A DNA stretch of 64,000 nucleotides, from the sequence record PP434429. One strand, written 5' to 3'. The position numbers and the translations under genes were made by a program. This stretch comes from Escherichia phage LH01. Shown here piece by piece: positions 8,933 through 19,390 of this stretch (the stretch's first letter is position 1; each line of letters opens with the position of its first letter). The notes beneath the pieces were generated by a model. The model saw only the letters and a list, made by a program, of their open reading frames with translations, was not told where the DNA came from and did no database searches.

Positions 8933-10447
8933 ATGACTGACATTAAAGTACATTTTTATGATTTTAGTCACGTGCGCATTGAATGCGACGAAAGTACGTT
9001 TTACGAACTTCGTGACTTTTTTAGCTTTGAAGCCGACGGGTATAAATTTAACCCAAAATATCGCTATGGGCAATGGGATGGTAGAATTCGACTTTTAGAT
9101 TACAATCGTTTGTTACCATATGGACTTGTAGGTCAAATAAAAAAGTTCTGTAACAATATGAGTTATTCTGTATGGATTGACCCTAAAATCTTTGAGACCG
9201 AAGACCTTACCAGGGAAGATTTTGACGCATGGCTTTCTAAACAAGAAATTTATTCGGGCAATACCAAAATCGAACCACATTGGTATCAAAAAGATGCAGT
9301 ATATGAAGGTCTAGTTAATCGTCGTAGAATTTTAAACCTTCCGACATCAGCAGGTAAATCACTAATCCAAGCACTTTTAGCTCGATATTATCTAGAGAAC
9401 TATGAAGGTAAAATTCTCATTATCGTCCCTACAACAGCATTGACAACCCAGATGGCTAATGATTTTGTTGATTATCGCTTGTTTAGTCATTCGATGATTA
9501 AGAAAATTGGCGGTGGTGCTGATAAAGCAGACAAATCTAAAAACGACGCTCCAATTATTGTCGGCACATGGCAAACGGTAGTTAAGCAGCCTAAAGAATG
9601 GTTCTCTCAGTTTGGTATGATGATGAATGATGAATGCCACTTAGCAACAGGCAAAAGTATTTCTTCAATCATCTCAGGATTAAATAATTGCATGTTCAAA
9701 TTTGGTTTATCTGGCTCATTAAGAGACGGAAAAGCCAATGTAATGCAGTACGTAGGTATGTTCGGCGAAATCTTCCGTCCTGTTAGCACGTCTAAATTAA
9801 TGGAAGACGGACAGGTAACTGAGCTTAAGATTAATAGTATTTTCCTTCGTTATCCGGACGAATTCGCCATTAAATTAAAAGGTAAAACATACCAAGAAGA
9901 AGTTAAAATTATTACCGGACTAAAACGACGTACAAAGTGGATTGCTCAACTTTCAGTCAAATTGGCTAAGAAAGACGAGAACGCCTTTGTAATGTTTAAA
10001 CACGTTACACACGGTAAAGAAATATTTGAAGCTATTAAAGAGCTTGGATACGAAAAAGTTTATTACGTATCAGGTGAAGTTGATACTGAAACACGTAACG
10101 CGCTTAAAGTCATGGCAGAAAATGGTAAAGGCATTATTATTGTCGCATCATATGGAGTATTCTCTACTGGTATTTCAGTCAAGAATCTTCATCATGTTAT
10201 TTTTGCCCATGGTGTTAAATCAAAAATTATCGTACTTCAAACCGTAGGTCGCGTGCTTCGTAAGCATGGTTCTAAAGCTGTTGCTACAGTTTGGGATCTC
10301 ATCGATGACGCAGGTGTAAAACCTAAATCATTAAATACTAAAAAGAAGTATACTCATCTTAATTACTTGTTAAAACACGGTATTGATCGTATCCAACGTT
10401 ACGCTGATGAGAAATTTAACTATGTAATGAAAACAATTAATTTATAA
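8933..10447 (+). CDS. uvsW: UvsW SF2 DNA helicase
   Basis: 504 aa; Walker A LNLPTSAGKS and DECH box; TATAAATA at 8897-8904 upstream. Confidence 0.93.
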   Translation: MTDIKVHFYDFSHVRIECDESTFYELRDFFSFEADGYKFNPKYRYGQWDGRIRLLDYNRLLPYGLVGQIKKFCNNMSYSVWIDPKIFETEDLTREDFDAWLSKQEIYSGNTKIEPHWYQKDAVYEGLVNRRRILNLPTSAGKSLIQALLARYYLENYEGKILIIVPTTALTTQMANDFVDYRLFSHSMIKKIGGGADKADKSKNDAPIIVGTWQTVVKQPKEWFSQFGMMMNDECHLATGKSISSIISGLNNCMFKFGLSGSLRDGKANVMQYVGMFGEIFRPVSTSKLMEDGQVTELKINSIFLRYPDEFAIKLKGKTYQEEVKIITGLKRRTKWIAQLSVKLAKKDENAFVMFKHVTHGKEIFEAIKELGYEKVYYVSGEVDTETRNALKVMAENGKGIIIVASYGVFSTGISVKNLHHVIFAHGVKSKIIVLQTVGRVLRKHGSKAVATVWDLIDDAGVKPKSLNTKKKYTHLNYLLKHGIDRIQRYADEKFNYVMKTINL

Positions 10448-10472
10448 GGGCTTCGGCCCTTAGGAGATAAAA

Positions 10473-10706
10473 ATGGTACTTGAATTTAAACAATTTTTAT
10501 ACGAAGCATCTATTGACGAATTCATGGGTAAAATTTCTAGTTGTCATACCTTAGAAGGGCTTGAAGAATTGGAAGCTTATTATAAGAAACGTATAAAAGA
10601 AACGGAATTAAAAGATACAGATGATATTTCTGTTAGGGATGCCTTAGCAGGTAAGCGTGCCGAACTTGAAGGCGACGATGATGAGGATGAGGAAGAAGAC
10701 TTCTAA
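10473..10706 (+). CDS. UvsW.1-like small acidic protein
   Basis: 77 aa ORF right after uvsW with AGGAG RBS; poly-D/E C-terminus. Confidence 0.6.
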   Translation: MVLEFKQFLYEASIDEFMGKISSCHTLEGLEELEAYYKKRIKETELKDTDDISVRDALAGKRAELEGDDDEDEEEDF

Positions 10707-10710
10707 TTAA

Positions 10711-10737
10711 AAAAAGGCCCGACCTTTTGGAAGGGCC
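10711..10737 (-). terminator. terminator ending the minus-strand uvsY-25-26 unit
   Basis: GGCCC...GGGCC hairpin followed on minus strand by U7; on plus strand only an A-tract follows. Confidence 0.6.
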
Positions 10738-10763
10738 AAAAACCATAGGCAAAAAAGGTAACA

Positions 10764-10931
10764 CTATAGTAAAAGTTGGGTTTCGTTCAATTGCTCTTCT
10801 GAACTTTCTGAAACCGGCAATTGTTGGACATAATTATAACAAGGACCAGGATGTGCTGGACCTTTGTCTGTTTCAACAACCAATGCAGAATCGATTGGAG
10901 TTTTACAGACAACACAAATCTTATCTGACAT
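10764..10931 (-). CDS. small Cys-containing protein (55 aa; absent from ORF track)
   Basis: Hand-translated MSDKICVVCKTPIDSALVVETDKGPAHPGPCYNY...; GGAGG 6 nt upstream of ATG; followed by hairpin plus U-tract terminator. Confidence 0.4.
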   Translation of the reverse strand: MSDKICVVCKTPIDSALVVETDKGPAHPGPCYNYVQQLPVSESSEEQLNETQLLL

Positions 10932-10963
10932 GATTGCCTCCTAAGTTGAAATTACATATCTAT

Positions 10964-11188
10964 TTATACCACTCGCATGCACATATCGATACCCATATCT
11001 TTTGTATAAAAATACTCGTCGATATACCCAGCAAACTTCCCTTTAATATAAAGGACGTCTTCGCCACAAGGGTGGTCTGCTAGAATACGAATATCCTGGC
11101 GACGTAGACGATACTTTTCCATTAAGAATTTAATTTCAGTTTCAAATTCTTCATCATTATTAAAGGCATCTTCAATTGAATAACGCAT
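10964..11188 (-). CDS. hypothetical protein (74 aa, uvsY.-1-like position)
   Basis: ORF start overlaps uvsY stop. Confidence 0.55.
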   Translation of the reverse strand: MRYSIEDAFNNDEEFETEIKFLMEKYRLRRQDIRILADHPCGEDVLYIKGKFAGYIDEYFYTKDMGIDMCMRVV

Positions 11189-11601
11189 TATTGCCCCGCT
11201 TCAAATTCTCGCATGTCCTGGATATGTTTAAGTGCAAAACTACGAGACTTAACTGCGTCAAGTGCACCACTACAGAACTCAAGTAAAATTCCCCAGTATT
11301 GTAAAGTAGTCTCTATTTTAAGCACATCTTTATCAGCAGCCAGGACAGTTTTCATTTCAGATTTCTCGTATCGGTCCATACTGAATTCATCACCATCACC
11401 TCGTCCCGAGTAGTAGTCTAATCTTGCTTTTAGAGCAGTTTTCTTCTGAGTCTCTATACGCAACATTTCTTTACGAATAAATGAGTGCTTACGTAGCCAT
11501 TTGCTGTATAACTTAACATTATTTGCCGTCTCATATTGCAACTTTGTCGTATCAATAGCTAAGTCTGCGTCTAACTCTTCCTGTAAATCTTCCAGCTTCA
11601 T
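11188..11601 (-). CDS. uvsY: recombination mediator UvsY
   Basis: 137 aa from internal ATG (MKLEDLQEEL...), matching T4 UvsY; the 164-aa track ORF is an upstream extension. Confidence 0.9.
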   Translation of the reverse strand: MKLEDLQEELDADLAIDTTKLQYETANNVKLYSKWLRKHSFIRKEMLRIETQKKTALKARLDYYSGRGDGDEFSMDRYEKSEMKTVLAADKDVLKIETTLQYWGILLEFCSGALDAVKSRSFALKHIQDMREFEAGQ

Positions 11602-11681
11602 AATGTTCTCTCTTTTAACTAATAATCTCCCGGCTGTATCGGAAGGACCTAAAACCATTATACATAGGTTGCCTTGAAGCA

Positions 11682-12080
11682 TTACACTCTATTGCTTGAT
11701 GCTAACTGAAGTTTGATTTGTTCTATATCATCAGGGTTATCTACGACCGAAAATCTAATCTCTACTATAACTGTATAGTCATCATATACTGGCGTTACAC
11801 TTACAGAAAGTTTGTCGATGCGCGGCTCATAGTTACGGACGGCTGCCTGGATATTACGCTCAATCGTATCAGCTGTAAGTGGTGTCATGTTCTCGAAAAG
11901 TTCGTCGACCAAATCGCATCCAAATTCAGGGTCGAAGGGGCGTGAGCCTTTTCTAGTTGTCACTATACCAAGAAGACTATTTTTAATAGAACGAAGTCCT
12001 ACAGAACGAGCAACGTCCTTGTTCCAATCCATACGCATTTCTGGGTCGATATCTGAATAAAGTTTATTGATATTAGACAT
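11682..12080 (-). CDS. 25: baseplate wedge protein gp25
   Basis: 132 aa; matches T4 gp25 (INKLYSDIDPEM..., IEQIKLQLASSNRV). Confidence 0.92.
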   Translation of the reverse strand: MSNINKLYSDIDPEMRMDWNKDVARSVGLRSIKNSLLGIVTTRKGSRPFDPEFGCDLVDELFENMTPLTADTIERNIQAAVRNYEPRIDKLSVSVTPVYDDYTVIVEIRFSVVDNPDDIEQIKLQLASSNRV

Positions 12081-12706
12081 TATAGTAACTCAAAGAATTC
12101 TTTGAGGCCTCGTATTGTGTGAACGTGTGATGCCCCACATTTGGGACATTTAATAGGGGTTGCCAGATAAATTGATGGCGATACCAAAAGATTTTTAATA
12201 TTGATCATGTCATCTTCTGTTATAAGGCCGTAAAGGTCATTTATTTCTGCTTCAGTTAAATCTTCAACAGGGATGGACTCTCCATTGACAAAAACGGCCT
12301 CAATACATGAAGCAATCATTAATGCGATATTTTTATCGTCAAATAATTTAGGTTGACGGAACTTAATTTTAATACCACTAAACGAATACCAGGGATCGGC
12401 CTGTTCATCTAATTGAGTGTGCAATAAATTCATATAGACTTGAAATGAATGCCCACAGGAACAATTCCAGGTGTGTTCTTGATTCACTTCACCTAACGAA
12501 TGTGCCCACAGATTTACCAACAATAGCTCGGCTTCTTGTTTAGTCAAGTTTTTAGCATTAGAGCAATTAGTGATAATATTGTTCACTGCTGATTCAATAG
12601 TACCGGTAGCCCGCGCACCTATGAGTCCTAAATATTCTTTTAAAGTAAAGGCTCTACAATTCACTTCTTTATCGCCTAAACGTACGGTAAACGTATATTT
12701 GTACAT
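12080..12706 (-). CDS. 26: baseplate hub protein gp26
   Basis: 208 aa, same length and position as T4 gp26; AAGGAG RBS. Confidence 0.88.
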   Translation of the reverse strand: MYKYTFTVRLGDKEVNCRAFTLKEYLGLIGARATGTIESAVNNIITNCSNAKNLTKQEAELLLVNLWAHSLGEVNQEHTWNCSCGHSFQVYMNLLHTQLDEQADPWYSFSGIKIKFRQPKLFDDKNIALMIASCIEAVFVNGESIPVEDLTEAEINDLYGLITEDDMINIKNLLVSPSIYLATPIKCPKCGASHVHTIRGLKEFFELL

Positions 12707-12724
12707 GTTAACTCCTTTATTGTT

Positions 12725-12736
12725 TATTTATAAATA
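12725..12736. promoter_or_regulatory. palindromic divergent late promoter pair (gene 26 leftward, gene 51 rightward)
   Basis: 12-bp perfect palindrome TATTTATAAATA holds TATAAATA on both strands, each 20-25 nt upstream of its ATG. Confidence 0.55.
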
Positions 12737-12753
12737 ATAGAAAAGGAGTAATT

Positions 12754-13506
12754 ATGGCTAATATAATTCGTTGTAAATTACCGGATGGTGTTCATCGTTT
12801 CAAGCCGTTCACCGTGGCGGATTATAGAGACTTTTTACTAGTTAGAAATGATATCGAACATCGTTCACCACAAGAACAAAAAGAAATAATTGCCGATCTG
12901 ATTGATGATTATTTTAACGAATACCCTAAAACATGGCAACCATTTATATTCCTGCAAGTTTTTGCAGGCTCTATAGGCAAAACAAAAGTTCCCGTTATTT
13001 TCACTTGCCCTAAATGCTCTAAAGAAAAAACTGCACCATTTGAGATATATCAAAAAGAATTAGTCGAACCTGAACTTGATGTTGCTGGTATAAAAATACG
13101 TTTTTCTTTCCCTGAAAAGTTTTATGACAACAAAGCATTAATGATAAGTGAAAACATAAAAGAAATATATTATAACGATGAATGGTACCCATGGAATGAT
13201 TTGACTGAAGAGAACCAAATCCAAGTAATAGAAGCAATAGACATTGACTCGCTCGAGAAGGTTATTGCTTCTATGAACCCTATTAATTTGACCCTTAGAT
13301 TAGGTTGTTGTGAACGTCATGTTAAAACATATACTGATATCTTAGAGGTTTTTAAATTGTTAGTTAACCCTGATGAGATTTTTACATTCTATCAGATAAA
13401 CCATTCACTAGTAAAGAGTCAATACACATTGGATTCTATTATGCAAATGATTCCTGTTGAACGTGGTATTGCTTTAACATTAGTAGAAAAGGACCATAAA
13501 AAATGA
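12754..13506 (+). CDS. 51: baseplate hub assembly catalyst gp51
   Basis: 250 aa; divergent from gene 26; late promoter TATAAATA at 12729-12736. Confidence 0.88.
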   Translation: MANIIRCKLPDGVHRFKPFTVADYRDFLLVRNDIEHRSPQEQKEIIADLIDDYFNEYPKTWQPFIFLQVFAGSIGKTKVPVIFTCPKCSKEKTAPFEIYQKELVEPELDVAGIKIRFSFPEKFYDNKALMISENIKEIYYNDEWYPWNDLTEENQIQVIEAIDIDSLEKVIASMNPINLTLRLGCCERHVKTYTDILEVFKLLVNPDEIFTFYQINHSLVKSQYTLDSIMQMIPVERGIALTLVEKDHKK

Positions 13507-14675
13507 CAGTATTCCAACGTCCAGGATATCCTAACTTAAGCGTTAAATTATACCAAGATTATTCGGCTTGGCAAGAAAATAGATACGTTGAACTCGCAGC
13601 AACAATAACAACTTTAACCATGCGAGATTCGCTATATGGAAGAAATGAAGGGATTCTTCAATTTTATGACACTAAAAACATCCACACTAAAATGGATGGT
13701 AGACAGATAGTCCAAATCTCTGTTTCAAATTCAAACACACCTCTCCAAGTTAGAACTCGAATTTACGGATGTAGACATTATTCTGTGTCTGTGGACTCAA
13801 AAGGTGACAATATTATTGCAATTGAGCTTGGAACAATACATTCTATAGAGAACCTTAAATTTGGGCGACCATTCTTCCCAGACGCAGGAGAATCTATACG
13901 TGAAATGTTAGGTGTCATATATAAAGACCGTACATTAATTACTCCGCCAATAAACACTATTAATGCTTATGTTCCTGATATTCCTTGGACAAGCACATTT
14001 GATGATTATTTGGCATATGTCAGAGAATTAGGACTTGCTACAGCGAGTGATAAGTTCGTATTCGTATGGCAAGATATTTTAGGCGTAAACATGATTGACT
14101 ACGATACTCTTATTGGCCAGGAAGGCATTAAGATGATTGTAGGCGAGCCAAATACCGTAGGCCAGTATATTCAAGAGCTTGAGTATCCATTAGTATGGGA
14201 TTTCACCTGGATGACTAAAGCTAACCAATTTACAAGAGACCCTATTAAAAACGCCACGATATTCGCCCATTCATTTTTAGATACATCTATTCCGGTTATT
14301 GTTACAGGCGATGGTGATAATGCTATTGTTGTGTCAAGATCTGGTGGATATTCCGAAATGACCTATCGTAATGGATTTGAAGAAGCAAGTCGTCTTCAGA
14401 CAATGGCTCAATATGACGGATATGCTAAATGCACTACTACAGGTAATTTTAACATAACGCCTGCTACTAAAATTATATTTGTTGACCAAAAGAACCAATT
14501 CAAATCCGAATTTTACGTGGATGAAGTTATTCATGAGTTATCAAATAACAACTCACAAACTCATCTATACATGTTTACCAACTCAATGGTGTTAGAACCT
14601 GTTAACCCAGTTAAGGTTAAAAATGAACTTAAATCTGATTCTACCTCTAAAGAAAATAATTCTACCACAGTCTAA
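13503..14675 (+). CDS. 27: baseplate hub protein gp27
   Basis: 390 aa; overlaps gene 51 stop; T4 gp27 size and order. Confidence 0.92.
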   Translation: MTVFQRPGYPNLSVKLYQDYSAWQENRYVELAATITTLTMRDSLYGRNEGILQFYDTKNIHTKMDGRQIVQISVSNSNTPLQVRTRIYGCRHYSVSVDSKGDNIIAIELGTIHSIENLKFGRPFFPDAGESIREMLGVIYKDRTLITPPINTINAYVPDIPWTSTFDDYLAYVRELGLATASDKFVFVWQDILGVNMIDYDTLIGQEGIKMIVGEPNTVGQYIQELEYPLVWDFTWMTKANQFTRDPIKNATIFAHSFLDTSIPVIVTGDGDNAIVVSRSGGYSEMTYRNGFEEASRLQTMAQYDGYAKCTTTGNFNITPATKIIFVDQKNQFKSEFYVDEVIHELSNNNSQTHLYMFTNSMVLEPVNPVKVKNELKSDSTSKENNSTTV

Positions 14676-15156
14676 TAAAAAGGTAATGATTCCTAAATTA
14701 GGGCTCAAACATTATAATCTTTTAAAGGACGTTAAAGGTCCTGACGAAAACATGAAAATCTTAGCTGATTCTATTTGTAAAAATATGAGTCCTGCTGATT
14801 TTGATTTTGCATGTCTACACATATTGGAATTTAATAACAAACTTAAGTCTGAAGTTGAAAAAGACGGATTCACATATAAGCTAGATGACGTCTATGTATG
14901 CCAACGAACAGAATTCCAATTCCAAGGCAATACCTTTTATTTTAGACCTCCAGGCAAATTTGAACAATTCGCTACAATCAGTGAAATGCTATCAAATTGC
15001 TTAATAAAAGTTAATGACGAAGAGAAAGAAATTTCTTTCCTTGAGATGCCTGCTTTTGTAATCAAATGGGCAGAAGACCTTTCGACAACTATTGCTATTC
15101 CAGGCCCTAATGGTCCTATTAAGGGTATAGCAGAAATTATTGGATTGCTTGAATGA
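14623..15156 (+). CDS. 28: baseplate hub distal subunit gp28
   Basis: 177 aa; overlaps 3' end of gene 27 as in T4. Confidence 0.85.
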   Translation: MNLNLILPLKKIILPQSNKKVMIPKLGLKHYNLLKDVKGPDENMKILADSICKNMSPADFDFACLHILEFNNKLKSEVEKDGFTYKLDDVYVCQRTEFQFQGNTFYFRPPGKFEQFATISEMLSNCLIKVNDEEKEISFLEMPAFVIKWAEDLSTTIAIPGPNGPIKGIAEIIGLLE

Positions 15157-16925
15157 AACCTGAAGAAATGAAATCCATGCGTAGAAATAAGGTCATTGCC
15201 GATAATAAACCACAAAAAGTAGCTGCAACAGCAGCTACTGATTCATTAGAAGCATTGAATGATATTTCATCAAAACTAGACGATGTCCAAGCCGCGTCTG
15301 AACTCACATCACAAAGTGTAGAAGATAAAGGCAATGGAATTATTGAATCAATTGGAGACTTAAAGAATTCGACAGATAATACTGCTGAAGGCACAGAGCT
15401 TATCGCAGAAGTTATTGAAAAACAAACTGAAGTCACTAAAAGTATAAACGAAGTTTCTAATGCAATAAACTCTAAGTTAGACCGATTAGCTACATTATTA
15501 GAGCAAAAATTACAAACATCTACCGCTATTCAAAATACAGGAGGCACCTCTCTTGAAGTAATTGAGAACGCAATACCTGTTAAAGTGGTTGAGAACGAAA
15601 CTTCTGATGAGTTGTTTAAAGCATTACCTACACCTGAAAAGATTGATAATAAGCCAGACGAAGATTTCTTCCCAGCCCCGGTTCAAGAAAGTGCTAATTC
15701 TACTTCCGATTCTAAAGGCGGAATTAGCTTTAAATTGAGCGATAAAATTGCAATGCTCACCAAAACAGTTCAAACCGGGTTTAATAAATCAATATCAATT
15801 TCAGACAGAATTGCTGGAATGCTTTTCAAATACACTATAACGGCTGCTATTGAAGCAGCAAAAATGGCCGCACTTATTCTTGGTATTGTTATCGGTATTG
15901 ATTTATTGATAGTCCATTTCAAATATTGGACAGACAAGTTCACTTCTGCCTGGGATTTATTTGATGAAAACTTTACTAAATTCTCCGATGAAGCTAAAGA
16001 GTGGGGTAAATTCTTAAGTGATATATTCACTTCTATTGACTCGATAAAACAATTGTGGGAAGCTGGAGACTGGGGTGGTTTAACCGTTGCTATTGTCAAA
16101 GGTGTAGGAACAGCATTAATGAACTTAGGTGAACTAATTCAATTAGGAATGGCTAAACTCTCTGCGTCTATATTGCGTGCTATAGGTTTTGGCGATACCG
16201 CAGACGAAATAGAAGGACGTGCTTTGGAAGGATTCCAAGAAACTACTGGGAACAAATTAAAGAAAGAAGACCAAGAGAAAGTCGCTAAATATCAAATGAA
16301 GCGTGACGATGGGGAATTAGGAACCGTTTCTAAAGGTCTTGATATGTTACAACGCGGCAAAACATTCGTTACTAACTGGGTTCGTGGTAATGACAATAAA
16401 GAAGAGTTTAGTACAAGTGATGAGCGCGCTGCGGAATCAGCAAAATTAAAAGAGTTACCTGAAGAGGAGCGTAAAGAGGCGTATATAAAAGCTAATGAAA
16501 CTCGTGCGGCACTAGTTAGATTTGAGGATTATATCGATAAAATCGATATGACTAATCCGGAAAATGCTAAAAACGTCGAGAAGTCTTATGCTGATTTAAG
16601 TAAACTTATTAAAGACCCTGAACTTAATAAAACTCCTGTTGTTAAAAAGGAAATAGATGCTAGATTTGAAAAGCTAAATAATAAAATGGCTGAAGCCAAA
16701 AAGGCTCAGACAACAGTTAAGCCTGAATCTTCAACTAAATCTCCGGAAGCAAAACAAGTTCAGTCAATAGAGAAAGGACGTGCTTCTGAATCTAAACAAC
16801 AGCAACCGGTAGCGGCTATTAGTAACACAAATAATGTCGTCAAAAAGAATACCGTAGTCCAGAATATGACCCCTGTAACAAGTACAACGGCTCCTGGAAT
16901 TTTCCATGCCACCGGTGTTAATTAA
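15153..16925 (+). CDS. 29: baseplate hub / tail length determinator gp29
   Basis: 590 aa; alpha-helical with internal hydrophobic segment; T4 gp29 size and order. Confidence 0.9.
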   Translation: MKPEEMKSMRRNKVIADNKPQKVAATAATDSLEALNDISSKLDDVQAASELTSQSVEDKGNGIIESIGDLKNSTDNTAEGTELIAEVIEKQTEVTKSINEVSNAINSKLDRLATLLEQKLQTSTAIQNTGGTSLEVIENAIPVKVVENETSDELFKALPTPEKIDNKPDEDFFPAPVQESANSTSDSKGGISFKLSDKIAMLTKTVQTGFNKSISISDRIAGMLFKYTITAAIEAAKMAALILGIVIGIDLLIVHFKYWTDKFTSAWDLFDENFTKFSDEAKEWGKFLSDIFTSIDSIKQLWEAGDWGGLTVAIVKGVGTALMNLGELIQLGMAKLSASILRAIGFGDTADEIEGRALEGFQETTGNKLKKEDQEKVAKYQMKRDDGELGTVSKGLDMLQRGKTFVTNWVRGNDNKEEFSTSDERAAESAKLKELPEEERKEAYIKANETRAALVRFEDYIDKIDMTNPENAKNVEKSYADLSKLIKDPELNKTPVVKKEIDARFEKLNNKMAEAKKAQTTVKPESSTKSPEAKQVQSIEKGRASESKQQQPVAAISNTNNVVKKNTVVQNMTPVTSTTAPGIFHATGVN

Positions 16926-16933
16926 GGATTATT

Positions 16934-18043
16934 ATGATTAGTGTAAAAGAAATAGTAGTAGATGCAAAGGATTTAAATAAAGCAATCCCAGTCTCAGAAA
17001 GTGCTGGGCAAAGCACTAAAACCGAAACAACTACTAAAACTTATGTTGCTCAATTTCCTACAGGAAGAGCAGCCGGAAATGACTCCACAGGAGACTTCCA
17101 GGTAACAGACCTTTATAAGAATGGATTATTATTTACCGCGTACAATATGTCTGCACGCGATTCAGGATCCCTCAGGAATTTACGTCCGGCATACGCTGGT
17201 ACTTCATCTAATGGTATCATATCAGATTTAACTGATAATGTGAAAGATGCAGTGACTAAATTCTCTAATGGGTTGCTTCCTGCTGGAGCTAATAAGTCTA
17301 CTATAAATAAAACTCCTGTTGCTAATATACTTTTGCCACGTTCTAAATCTGACGTCGATACAACTTCACATCGTTTTAATGATATCGGTGATAGCCTTAT
17401 TACTAAAGGTGGAGGTACTGCTACAGGTGTTTTAAGTAACATTGCTTCTACTGCAGTCTTTGGTGCATTAGATTCTATTACCCAAGGGCTTATGGCTGAT
17501 AATAACGAACAGATTTATACGACTTCTCGTAGTATGTATGGTGGTGCTGAGAACCGTACTAAAGTCTTTACATGGGATTTAACTCCACGTTCAACTGAAG
17601 ACCTTATGGCTATTATAAACATTTACCAGTATTTTAACTATTTCTCATATGGTGAGACCGGTAAATCACAGTACGCCCAAGAGATTAAAAGTTATTTAGA
17701 CGAATGGTACCGTTCAACGTTTATTGAGCCTATGACGCCAGATGATGCAGTAAAAAATAAGACATTGTTTGAAAAGATTACTGCGTCATTAACAAATGTA
17801 TTAGTTGTAAGCAACCCTACAATTTGGATGGTTAAAAACTTTGGTTATACATCTAAATTTGACGGGTTAACTGATGTATTTGGCCCATGTCAAATTCAAA
17901 GCGTACGTTTTGATAAAACTCCAAATGGACAATTTAATGGTCTCGCTGTTGCTCCTAACTTACCGTCAACATTTACGTTAGAGATAACAATGCGAGAAAT
18001 TATTACATTAAACCGTTCTTCACTTTATGCGGGGACTTTCTAA
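16934..18043 (+). CDS. 48: baseplate tail-tube junction protein gp48
   Basis: 369 aa; position and size as T4 gp48. Confidence 0.9.
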   Translation: MISVKEIVVDAKDLNKAIPVSESAGQSTKTETTTKTYVAQFPTGRAAGNDSTGDFQVTDLYKNGLLFTAYNMSARDSGSLRNLRPAYAGTSSNGIISDLTDNVKDAVTKFSNGLLPAGANKSTINKTPVANILLPRSKSDVDTTSHRFNDIGDSLITKGGGTATGVLSNIASTAVFGALDSITQGLMADNNEQIYTTSRSMYGGAENRTKVFTWDLTPRSTEDLMAIINIYQYFNYFSYGETGKSQYAQEIKSYLDEWYRSTFIEPMTPDDAVKNKTLFEKITASLTNVLVVSNPTIWMVKNFGYTSKFDGLTDVFGPCQIQSVRFDKTPNGQFNGLAVAPNLPSTFTLEITMREIITLNRSSLYAGTF

Positions 18044-19005
18044 TGTACTCTTTAGAAGAATTTAATAACCAAGCTATAAATGCAGATTTCCAACGAAACA
18101 ATATGTTTAGTTGTGTATTTGCTACTACGCCATCGACCAAATCATCTTCACTAATTTCGTCAATTGGTAGTTTTGCTTATAATAACTTAGGGTTGGATTC
18201 TGATTGGTTAGGATTAACTCAAGGTGATATCAATCAGGGCGTAACAACCCTGATTACAGCAGGAACACAGAAATTAATTCGAAAATCAGGTATAAGTAAA
18301 TATCTGATTGGAGCAATGAGCCAACGTACGGTACAAAGCTTGTTAGGTGAGTTCACGGTAGGATCTTATCTGATAGACTTCTTCAATATGGCATATAATA
18401 ATACAGGTTTAATGATTTATTCTGTAAAAATGCCTGAGAACCGATTATCTTATGAAACGGATTTCAACTATAACTCCCCGAACATCCGAATTACCGGCAG
18501 AGAAATGGACCCATTAGTAATAAGCTTTAGAATGGATTCCGAAGCATCTAACTTTAGAGCAATGCAAGACTGGGTAAACTCGGTCCAAGACCCTGTAACA
18601 GGACTTCGCGCTTTACCACAAGACGTCGAAGCAGATATTCAGGTTAATTTACATGCGCGAAATGGTTTACCACATACCGCTGTCATGTTCACTGGATGTA
18701 TTCCTGTTAGCGTCTCTTCTCCTGAGTTAACGTATGATGGTGATAATCAGATAACAGTTTTTGATGTAACATTTGCTTATCGCGTTATGCAATCAGGTGC
18801 TGTAAATAGACAGGCTGCTTTAGAATGGCTGGAATCAGGACTTATTAGTAGTGTTTCAGGAATGTTTGGAAATAATCAGAATGATTCTGGTCTAGGAAGT
18901 GCAGTATCAAGACTTTCTAGATTAGGTGGGACTGCTGGAGGTGTGTCTAATATAAACACATTGACAGGTGTGGTGAATTCTGCGTCAAGAGTTTTAGGAC
19001 TATAA
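18043..19005 (+). CDS. 54: baseplate tail-tube initiator gp54
   Basis: 320 aa; ATGA-coupled to gene 48; followed by bidirectional terminator. Confidence 0.9.
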   Translation: MYSLEEFNNQAINADFQRNNMFSCVFATTPSTKSSSLISSIGSFAYNNLGLDSDWLGLTQGDINQGVTTLITAGTQKLIRKSGISKYLIGAMSQRTVQSLLGEFTVGSYLIDFFNMAYNNTGLMIYSVKMPENRLSYETDFNYNSPNIRITGREMDPLVISFRMDSEASNFRAMQDWVNSVQDPVTGLRALPQDVEADIQVNLHARNGLPHTAVMFTGCIPVSVSSPELTYDGDNQITVFDVTFAYRVMQSGAVNRQAALEWLESGLISSVSGMFGNNQNDSGLGSAVSRLSRLGGTAGGVSNINTLTGVVNSASRVLGL

Positions 19006-19036
19006 GAAAAAGGGAGACGTTGTCTCCCTTTAGGGG
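19004..19036. terminator. bidirectional terminator between gene 54 and alt region
   Basis: GGGAGAC-guu-GUCUCCC hairpin with U-tracts on both sides. Confidence 0.7.
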
Positions 19037-19037
19037 T

Positions 19038-19331
19038 TTATTTACGGAATGAAAGGAATGCTGGTGCTCTGAATGGAGTATCATCTTTAGAGTATTTAAC
19101 TAATACGACCATTGGTACCTCTGTTTCTAAATGACCTGTCAGTACACCGATAAAAATTTGATCAGTGTGTTCAGGGTCACGAAAGTTTTTAAGAGGTTCC
19201 ATAGCAATATGGAATGCACCTGGGAATACTCGATTCAATTCGTCAATCACAGCTTCGTTAAAAACATCATCCGCTGGGATAGCATCTTCAACTACTAGTT
19301 CTTGACCATTAAAGCGAAGCATAGATTTCAT
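19038..19331 (-). CDS. hypothetical protein (97 aa, alt.-1-like position)
   Basis: ATG at 19331 with GAGGAAAA RBS; track ORF to 19403 is a TTG-initiated extension across the promoter. Confidence 0.5.
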   Translation of the reverse strand: MKSMLRFNGQELVVEDAIPADDVFNEAVIDELNRVFPGAFHIAMEPLKNFRDPEHTDQIFIGVLTGHLETEVPMVVLVKYSKDDTPFRAPAFLSFRK

Positions 19332-19360
19332 AACGTTTTCCTCATGTTGTTGATGGGATG

Positions 19361-19390
19361 ATAGTATCACACATCCATGTGCTTGTAAAC
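19361..19390 (-). promoter_or_regulatory. early promoter GTTTAC-N18-TACTAT
   Basis: Upstream of ORF 19038..19331; -35 abuts alt stop codon; imperfect inverted repeat in spacer. Confidence 0.5.

Noticed and set aside
10727-10933. Plus-strand 68-aa ORF from the track
   Set aside because: It reads through the terminator hairpin and lacks an RBS; the overlapping minus-strand 55-aa ORF with GGAGG RBS is the better candidate.
11188-11682. 164-aa extended uvsY ORF
   Set aside because: The N-terminal 27 codons are not part of remembered T4 UvsY and run into gene 25; the internal ATG at 11601 gives the expected 137-aa protein.
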